A DNA stretch of 60,655 bases, counting the filler, from Sphacelaria rigidula (taxonomy: Eukaryota): NCBI GenBank assembly GCA_964200075.2. It is 9 parts of 9 records of this genome, joined end to end, with 100 filler letters (N's around TTAATTAATTAA, not from the genome) between each part and the next. Parts side by side here need not be neighbours in the genome. Positions count along the whole stretch, not along the records: positions 47,256 to 53,905 come from CAXNAA020018829.1; positions 54,006 to 60,655 come from CAXNAA020018830.1; 7 more parts are not named here. One strand, written 5' to 3'. Of this stretch, positions 52,220-60,655 are shown one piece after another. Positions within the stretch are counted from its first letter, which is position 1, and every line of letters begins with the position of its first letter. Both the position numbers and the translations under genes were made by a program. The notes beneath the pieces are model-generated. The model saw only the letters and a list, made by a program, of their open reading frames with translations, made no database searches and was not told the origin of the DNA.

Positions 52220-53557
52220 TTATTTCTCAGGAGTGCTACGTTGTCCAAGGTTGGCCTCATTTAGATTGGACATTATTGTATCCTTGTTCATCTCTCTTCT
52301 GTCCCCGGTGCTTGCGTCGGGCGTTCGTGTCTGCATGAAGAGTGATATGCCATTCTCGCGGTTCACTGGGACAAATGGGAAAAATAGCGCGTGAAAGCGT
52401 TCTTCGTCGTCGGTGTTGACCGCGACTACCTGTGCTATCTGCTGGTGAGCCTCTATGACGCTCGGATTTGGGTTTATGTTCACGATCTTGCATACCACGG
52501 TTATACCTGGCTCCCACCACTGGATACCTCTCGCTACACCTAGCACCGCACCTTTCTCCAAATAATAATTCTCGGTAGGTGATATCAGTGCCGTTTGCCG
52601 TACTTGGGAAAGGAGGCCCTTCGTGCATCCCTCTATTGCTGTGCTAACGAAGCCTGGTAGTTGGAGCGGGGAGGATAAGGAAAATGCCCACTGCAGCGTA
52701 CTATCGTCTTCCCACACTGCTTTGCCCATGGCTGTGTCACTGACTGTTTGATCTGTGATTGTTGCGATAGAGGGGAGGAACGCGTCTAGCGGGGACGGGG
52801 GGTACAGATCCGGTTCTTCGATCTCTTCTCCGGGTATGACTGCACAGAACATGCCCCACAACTCCTTGTTCACGTCATGCGTATCCTCCGAATGATTCGA
52901 CACTTCGATGTCTTTCTCTGCCAACTGGGTCGTCGTAGATCGTGTATTATCGTGTGTGAATTCCTCGGCTACGTCAGTTATACCTCCCGAATCCTTCGAA
53001 ACTTGGGTACCTTCCGCTCCCAACGGGGTCGCGCTTGATGGTGTAACATCTGGTGTGACTTCCTCGGCTACGTCAGACATTTCCTCCGAATCATTCGACA
53101 CTTGTTCGTCCCCCACTGCCAACGGGCTTGCACTCGATGGTGTGTTAGTTGGTGTGAACGTGGAGCCACGATTGTCGAATGGTACCCATGGTGCGTCGGG
53201 GGTAGGGCGGAATCCCTGCTGTATGCCTAATGATAGGATGCTCGAGTGTTTGCGGAAGAACGCTGCGCCTAGTACTTCCGCGTATGGAAAGCCCTTGACT
53301 ACACGTACTGCTACGTTGCGTACTTCATCTTCTGGGGGAAAGGTGACTGGGATTGTGGAAGAGCCTAGGATTCCCATTTGTGGTACCTTGTTTTTCTCTG
53401 GGTTCGCTGCTCTCAACGCCCCTGCACCTCTCTTGTCTACTTTGCGATCAGGTAATCCTCCCCACTTACAAATCGACTGCCAGAGAGCACCGGACACGTA
53501 GTTTCTCCCACCAGCTCCCGTGTCCAATAGGACGGAGACAGGAAGTCGCATGCTCAC
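52220..53557 (-). pseudogene. Gypsy aspartic protease + repeat spacer + beta-rich (dUTPase-like?) domain
   Basis: LLDTGAGG active-site motif and VLGAAFFRK; 3x33-aa repeats follow. Confidence 0.85.
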
Positions 53558-53838
53558 TTTATGGGTATGCCAGATTTTCGCCTGTACCCATACTTGGCTC
53601 TTTCGAGTTTTGCTTGCGGCTAATCGTTCGGCGGCTGCAGCGAGTTCCTCCTCACCTTCCGCTGCTGGTACGTGGTTACTACTAGAGGGTTTCGGAGATG
53701 GACCCGTGCTGGAGTTCCCCGGGAGCGTGATGCTACCCGGGGCGCACCTTCAGGTGGAGTGTTCTGCTCCATCTTCGTGGTCGCTCTCGAACTCGAGTCC
53801 GGTGATCGCGGAAATCATTTCGAATTGTTCTGGGAGGA

Positions 53839-53905
53839 GGGGGGGGTGTACTCATGATCATGCTTGCCATAGTCATCAGACCATTGACCTCGCATCCCTA
53901 CAAAG
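53839..53905 (-). repeat. Poly(C)-ended module, beta, abutting the Gypsy gag region
   Basis: Reverse complement reads ...gtagggatgcgaggtcaatggtctgatgactatggc...gagtacacccccccc|tcctccc. Confidence 0.88.
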
Positions 53906-54005
53906 NNNNNNNNNNNNNNNNNNNNNNNNNNNNNNNNNNNNNNNNNNNNTTAATTAATTAANNNNNNNNNNNNNNNNNNNNNNNNNNNNNNNNNNNNNNN
54001 NNNNN
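53906..54005. other. Artificial contig linker
   Basis: Same structure as 6652-6751. Confidence 0.97.
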
Positions 54006-54006
54006 A

Positions 54007-54068
54007 ATGAATACCTTAAACAAAGTGGGTGATAACGTACATCCTTGTGCAACTCCTTGTAAGATAAC
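54007..54068 (-). pseudogene. Short LINE RT fragment
   Basis: ILQGVAQGCTLSPTLFKVF; matches 34324-34379. Confidence 0.8.
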
Positions 54069-54169
54069 TCTCTCTGCAAATCTGTCGAGCCACTATCCTC
54101 CCGTTTCGACGTGTCTACCTTTGCCTTTGCCCACGTGTCGAATACTGGGGTGGAAGCTTCCTACGCAGC

Positions 54170-55306
54170 ATGCTCCCAGTGAATTTCAACGGACGCGGGT
54201 GGGGCATAGGATCTGAGAGAAGGACTCACCACAAGGGTGGTGTAAAGTCGTCGAGCACAGCGGGGGCGGAGCTGTCACGCGATAACATTGTGGTGTACTT
54301 GTCGAGTCACACATACGTCGACACATCCGGAAACGTGCAAACACTCAGATGTGCATGCAACCCAGAGAGGGCGACGACAAAACACAGATGCCGGAGTTGC
54401 AAGTGTTTAGGGAACTGCACTCTGAGCTGCGGTTGGCAGGGTCGCTGCTTCCTGCCCCCGCCCCCTTCACGAGCGGCCGCCGCGAATCCCGCTGAGGAAA
54501 CCGGCGACGGACAGAGCGGTGCACCCGGCCGACCGCGAAACGGGAGAAGACGATCAACAACGAAGCATGCAGGGGGCGGGTCGACTGCATCACGTGGAGT
54601 GGAGGCGGCATCTCGAGCAAGCAGCGCACCAGGGGCACCTATTGATACGACTGATGGTGAGGAGCCTCGCCGGCGCGGCGCCGGGAGGGAGGTGGTGGGG
54701 GGAGCGCACTGGGGACCAGATCCTATGAGTGAAACCGACGGGGTAGATGGCCGCGCGCGCGGGCGATCGCGTAATGGGAAATGCCAATCAACAGCGAAGC
54801 ATGCAAGGGGCGACTCGGCTGCGTCACGCAGAAGGGGCGCGGCAAGTGGAACGAGCAACGTGCCAGGGGCACCTGTTGATATGACCGATGGTGTGGAGCG
54901 TTACTGTCACGGCGGCGGGAGGCAGGTGGCAGGGGGGGGAGAAGAGTTCATCAGTGACTGCCCCATCAGAGACGGCGGATTAGAGAAACCCGTCGGACAC
55001 AAGTCGAACTCTGCAGCTGGGATCTGGATCGGAGATTCGGATTCAGAATGCAGCGGGTTCGAGAGAGAGAGGACTCGGCATCGGAAGCGGGCGATGACAA
55101 TGGGGAAGATTTGGCGTTTTGATTTCAATCTGTGGAGAATTTTGGGGCCGTTCGTTCCTGTAGATAGATTGCGCAAACGGTTTTGTACAACTCGAGGATG
55201 TTTTTTTCGAGGCTGCTGTCATGAGCCATGTCTCAGGTACATGGCGATCATGGTCCGTGCATGTGCGGTGCACGGTGGGGTGCAAAGTGCATTGGGGGTG
55301 ATCTGA
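54170..55306 (+). other. 378-codon ORF with a Cys cluster and an internal ~77-aa duplication; unknown function
   Basis: CACNP...CRSCKCLGNCTLSC...C; two ET.DG...GR.RNG...ST.KHA.G.S.ASR...PGAP.D.TDG units. Confidence 0.3.
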
Positions 55307-56369
55307 CTACTCCCGCTAGTCGATCAAGTGAGTGTTTCAACGGCAGCCGACTGACCTGAACAACACCATCGTACGCCAGTCAACCTTTTGATTTACCGTG
55401 CAGCACTTCCAACGCTCGCGTCTCGACGCTATGGCGTTCGTGCCAGGACACAATGCCGGGAATCATCCGTATCACTATTATGTCGAACGGTCGGACGAAA
55501 TACATGGGGTGGTTTCCTTCGCCACACTCTCGCCGATGTCGTCGATACTGTACCATCTGCTCCAGAACGGCGGGTCGTGTCACCACGTGTCTTGCGCATC
55601 ACACATCGTGTCGATTTTCGCAACGTTTCATGTAAACAGCTCATTATGGCAAACGCAACAGGTTGAACGACTGTTTTCTTTTCCTTCTTCGTTTTGGGCG
55701 CAAGTGATGGCTGGGCGGATTTGCCCCCTCGGTTTACCTTGCGTTCATCGTTGGAAAATCTATCACGTCACATGAACGTATTCAGGTGCTTGTATCTTGC
55801 TTGTCTTGCCGCAGTTGTACGTTTGTCTAAGCATTATGAACGTCAGTCGAGTTTAGAATAAAGTGGTGGTCAGGTGTAGAAATCCACGACAGTTATCACC
55901 TTGTGTCGACTGTTGTTGACCAAAAGTGGTAGTCAAGTGGAAACAAATCTGCGACTACCGGAAAATGCGAACGTGACACGGATTGTTCCATCGGAATTGA
56001 ACATCTTGGCAGAAGTGTGTATGTGTAAAAAACAGAAATCCGTCACGACCAGAAAAAACCAAGGTATCCTCGAGTTTTTCCCCCACGAGTACAGAAAGCC
56101 ATTAGAAACCGTCGATACCCCCCTACCTCCCTTTCGGACGCAAAATGATACAGATGAACAAAAAGTAGTGCTACGAGCTGGGCGAGCAGTAAATCCCGAT
56201 TTGCCTCTCACACCGTAAGCTATCTAGTTTTCGAAATCAGACCGCCTTGAGCATATCGGTATGACCTGCCGACCAACTTGGTAACGCACGGGACCGCCTC
56301 TGAATGAAAAAAGAGAAGAAAAAATGTACTGCATAATGCATCACCTAACCGACGGAACAAATAAAAGGG

Positions 56370-56445
56370 CATCCGTTGGGATTCGAACTCATGACCTCCA
56401 TAATTGGAGTCAACTGCAGCGCTTGGATTCAATGAGCGTAGCCGT
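56370..56445 (-). repeat. tRNA-like SINE head, degenerate
   Basis: Minus-strand B box gagttcgaatccc. Confidence 0.35.
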
Positions 56446-56739
56446 GCCACACGAAATATTGGATGCTGCGCCAAATTTCTGGAAGTTTTGGCCGCAATTG
56501 CACCAGGATCTCCACCACTGAAGAACGCACAACTATCGTAGCGATGCCCACGTTTTTTTTTTTTTTTTTTTTTTTTTTTTGTTTTTATTCTTTTTTTTTT
56601 TTTTTTTAAAAATTTGTTTTAGCAATTGCCTTTTTTACTTTTTCATCTNNNNNNNNNNCGGCTTCCCCCCCCCCGAACACCGCACAACTATCGTGGCGAT
56701 GCCCACGTTTTTTTTTTTTTTTTTTTTTTAACTGGATTA

Positions 56740-57218
56740 GACCGCTTCTTCTAGTCTGAATAAAAATCTGTCTGAGAACTGCCCTTTTGAACCTTTTCAC
56801 CTCAGATTATTGGCGGAACACGCGCCTTGGCGGATTTGGCCCCCTCGGAAAGATTTGCTATACTTTTCACGAGGATTCCAGCACGCTTGTTTGATATTTC
56901 GTACTCCCAGTTCTACTCTTGGCCGGATTTTGGATTTTTTCAGTCACATGAAATAACTTCGAGTTGTCGGGGAAAAGTACGTTTTTTCCCGACAAGTGGA
57001 CAATTTTTGCGGCGACTGCAAAATTCCAGGATCCGGACAAGAGCAAAACTGGGAGTACCAAAGATCGGACAAGCGCGCTGTAATCCTCGTGAAAAGTATA
57101 GCAAATCTTTCCGAGGGGGCCAAATCCGCCAAGGCCCGTATTCCGCCAATAATCCGAGGTGAAAGGTTCAAAAGGGTGGTTCTCAGACGGATTTTTGTTC
57201 AATCTGGAAGAAGCGGCC
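56740..57218. mobile_element. PIF/Harbinger-like MITE family D, full length, TSD TTA
   Basis: Inverted arms of about 190 bp; tta at 56737-56739 and 57219-57221. Confidence 0.88.
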
Positions 57219-60200
57219 TTACAGCGTTTTTCTAGTTTTTGGAGAAACTGTATATCGCTTGAAGTTATATATATATATATTTTTTTTTTTCTTGGCATCC
57301 CCGGGAAGGTTGTGCGTTGTGATGAAAGAAATATCGTGTCAATATTTCAGCGCCCAAAGCTTCGGATTACCCACCACTCGGTCCGGATACATTCGCAAAT
57401 CACTGTCAGCTGGCCTAGTATATATATATTTGTCGTATAGTATATTTGCCATGAGAACCGACCTTGGACGCGGAGGGGTCCCGGCGTCGCTTACGACAGT
57501 ATTCTTGTGTTTGCACGCTATGTTTTGGGCAGCGACCTCGCGCGCCACCGCAGCTATAACGGCATGCACCTGCTTGAACTATCTTCTCTGCTGACGGGCA
57601 ACGCTGTTGTTTCCATGAAAGAGAGTGGGAGAATATATTCACGACTATGAACACAATTAAACGCGGCGCAATTGCCGCCGACTCCTTTTGGATACCGACT
57701 TTCTTTGTATTCAGGAGTATCTGATGCGCTTTTCCACCGCATCTCATGTGTCCCAACACCCTCCACCGAGATGATAATATCTCAGCACACACAGCAGCTG
57801 CAAAGACAAATCAAATTGCTCTGTGTAGCTAAGATACATCTCTATCAGCCATCGACGTCACGGCTGCGCGTATCCTTGCCGTGGATGAAAATGCTGATGT
57901 ATAGTAAGGTTCATCTTTCGCGATTTCCGCACGATCCCGAGAACTAATTAGCGCGAGTTGGATGTTAAATGATGGCTATTAGCAATTACTACTTGCCTCT
58001 TCAGTTTCAGCGGGCTGCCAATCGTGCAGCGCAAGTTACCTGCGATCGCGTGTAGGTTGGCCATATTGGAAAATGGCTTGTGGGCTTGTACAGATTTCCG
58101 TGGCCTTTTTCCCGGTTATCCGTCGATCGTTCGTGGCTGTACGGAATTGAACCGGACTTCGACGGAGGGGTAGTGTAGGATAAGTGCTGTAACTGTGCAT
58201 CAGCACAGTTGTCATTTTTCTGCCCTGTCGACTTATTTCACTTCACCAAGCCGCGTTGTAGGGGTGGTGGTGAAAAACGTGACACTAAACTGGGCGTAAT
58301 ACTGCAACAGCTACACAACCTCGGAACAACTGTTGTTGTGATTTGGTGCCGATCATATGTGAACATATCTCTTGATATATCACGAGGTCAGCAACGATCC
58401 ATAGCTTGAATAAAAGCCCTGAATATGGGCAACATATGCAATATACCTACTATTCCCCATCACGACGGCATCTAGCATAATTTCCTTCTGAAGATGGAGC
58501 GACATCCTGCCCGAAATTTTCCGGTTGGTGATGCATGGTGTCTTCCCCTGCACAACATGTTTTTGGATTTGTGTCTACGTAGTTGGTACTGCTGGCACGC
58601 GCACACCGCCTTTCGGCGCTGAAGAAACATTCTTTAAAGAAAAGCTTAATGTATCGGTATGTGGGTGATGTGCGGCAAAAACGGGTCGTGACATCGAAGC
58701 GCGACAGTTCGAGGGAATTTTCATCGACAGTATGAAGACAACTTCTCAACATGAAATAACTATGAAAAATGAAGGTTGGGCGATGTAGCGCTGGCTCTCG
58801 CCGGAGTACAGCACAGTAGTACGCGGCATTGCGGATTGTGCCACCTCGGAGTCTTGCTGTACTTCTTCCCGAGGGGATTCCAGCGCCATTTACGATCTTA
58901 TTTTCGGACGCCCACTGACTTTGGGCAAAATTATCGATTCGTCAAACACCCCACGAAAAACTTGAACATCTCCGAAAAAACACACCGATAATCTCAGAGA
59001 AACAAGATCACACGTGGACAGATAGCACCCTGTGGGGCGCACTGTTGCGCAGGGTCAGTACAGGGTCCTCCACAGTCTTTGTGAAAACCCCTGACACTGA
59101 AAACGCAAATCTGTACCTGTCGTAGCGTTTTTGTCGAAACCCTGCAAGCGACCCTGCACACGCGGCCATTCGGCTACCTCGTAAAGGAGTTTTCAAACGT
59201 CATCCTCGGTTCCGTCCGTTTTAAAATCCCCCCGAGAGGATCTTGGGTATTTGTAATCCTCTAGGGGATTTTCAATGTCGGGGCCCTTGAAGGTCTGTGT
59301 CGATATTTAAATTCCCTGAATTGTTTTTTGAGCCACACGTGCTATGGAAATCTGGAATTTTCACAGCTGTTCGAAATAAGTCCTGATTCCAAATTATTGG
59401 AATCAGGCCAAAATGATTTATTTCGAACAGCAGAGGCTGTGCAAATCCCATAGACACTCGCAAATGGAATTTGTACACCAGAAACTGTTCGAAATAAATC
59501 CTCATTTTGCCCACCAATACCTTGAATTGGGCAAAAAAAGACTCTTATTTGTGAGCAGCTTTTGCTGTTCAAGTCCCACATATGACACACGGTATTGGTG
59601 GATGAGAGTCGAGAGACAGCAGAAGTCGTTGATAACTCATCCTACCCCCCCCATTTTATATCTTGGGCAAGCGGATCGAAGTCTTCAACAGCCTCGACTG
59701 GTTTCAAATCCCACACACCGATTGTGAATGTATGTACACACAGCCATGCTATGTAGCTTTCCCTTGTTATCATGATGATCGAGCAGGAAAAACCTCATTC
59801 ATAAAAACATACAAGCTTAAAAATCCCGTGGTCCGGTGTTCACCATTCGAACACCAAAGTGAAGCATTTTTTCGAGTGAACACGCGAAAAATTATGATCG
59901 CGGTTTATCCTGTACGTTGATGGTGATATATATGATCATCACAACAATAAGCATGGTTTGATGCTGTACTGAACAGTACAATACCGTGTAGGACAGTACC
60001 ATATCGTGCTTATATACGTGCTGTACAATATACTGCAGAGTAAGCGCGGCATATGCGCCACGTGAGGCTAAACAAAGTGCATGCCTGTAGCTTTGGGTGC
60101 ATGGGGGTGTTATGTACCGTGAGCTACTGAGTATACACGATGCCCCTTCTTGCAGCGTGCTCACCGCTGCAGTCAGTAGGACGTGAAAGGGAAGCGCGCA

Positions 60201-60596
60201 AAGTACAGTATAGGCAGCGCAGGACTAAATGTGTGTTTTCTGCTCACAGTGCAACGTGAAAAGGACTTGAACAGTGTGCGCAGCTTTGTCTGCCTGCACT
60301 GTTCATGGGTGTGTATTCAGTGAACCGCCGGTTGTTGCTCGCACCATACCCCGCTGCTCAAGTTCAAACTTCCACCAACAAGACATACATCATGCTCAAC
60401 TACTGCAGTGTGTATATATCCCTGTGCCCAACTCGTGCTCTTTGCTGCAGGGTTATCGTGGTGGTAGAATAGCTGGGGATAAGTGTTGTCGGGTTCGCAG
60501 TTCAATCTGTGAACGGCGGGTGATACATATGTTTTTTCTGGCGTGATGGTCCTAAAGGTATCCTGGAAGCAGATATAGGACACAAGTGCACAAGTA

Positions 60597-60655
60597 ACAG
60601 CCGATTTTCGAAAATGGGGTTGAAAACAAAAATGAGGTTCAACTCAAAAGCCGTG
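60597..60655. mobile_element. Left terminus of MITE family A (cut by window end)
   Basis: acag..gattttcgaaaatggggttgaaaa...tgaggttcaac matches 1803 onward. Confidence 0.85.

Larger units (their letters stand above)
47599..53835 (-). mobile_element. Ty3/Gypsy LTR retrotransposon, decayed, 5' end missing
   Basis: Order PR-RT-RH-IN, then PPT gagggggga (48088-48080) and 3' LTR; frameshifts and stops between domains. Confidence 0.95.

Noticed and set aside
53865..53882. CTGATGA in the poly(C) module as a hammerhead core
   Set aside because: No stem II/GAAA, and the heptamer is not conserved among copies.
46880..53905. Gypsy element sitting in an antiporter intron
   Set aside because: They are separated by an artificial linker and belong to different contigs.
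56527..56730. Duplicated cgcacaactatcgt.gcgatgcccacg + poly(T)
   Set aside because: It flanks a 10-N gap and homopolymers, so it is probably an assembly artefact.

Overview
Eukaryotic, repeat-rich DNA, most likely from a brown alga or other stramenopile (inferred from the GT-AG introns, gene types and repeat style). The window is not one locus. It is nine contigs of 6651 bp (x5) and 6650 bp (x4), joined by identical 100-bp linkers (44N-TTAATTAATTAA-44N), so nothing should be read across a linker. Host genes are all partial: one exon of a mitochondrial-type ribosomal protein S9, three exons of an EF-hand protein (-), and three exons of a CPA2 cation/H+ antiporter (+); the last two are head-to-head. 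Mobile DNA includes a nearly complete but decayed Ty3/Gypsy element (47599-53835, -), two further remnants of that lineage, two near-identical LTRs, LINE RT fragments, five palindromic MITE families, tRNA-like SINE heads and a poly(C)-ended dispersed repeat (7 copies). Best leads: (1) Gypsy integrases ending in tandem chromo-like plus Tudor-like modules in two divergent copies; (2) an 80-bp intronic near-perfect palindrome with TG..CA ends and a 5-bp target duplication; (3) the poly(C)-ended repeat, which appears to sit in C-tracts; (4) a degenerate hammerhead-like fold. All protein family calls come from motif recognition by eye, not from database searches.
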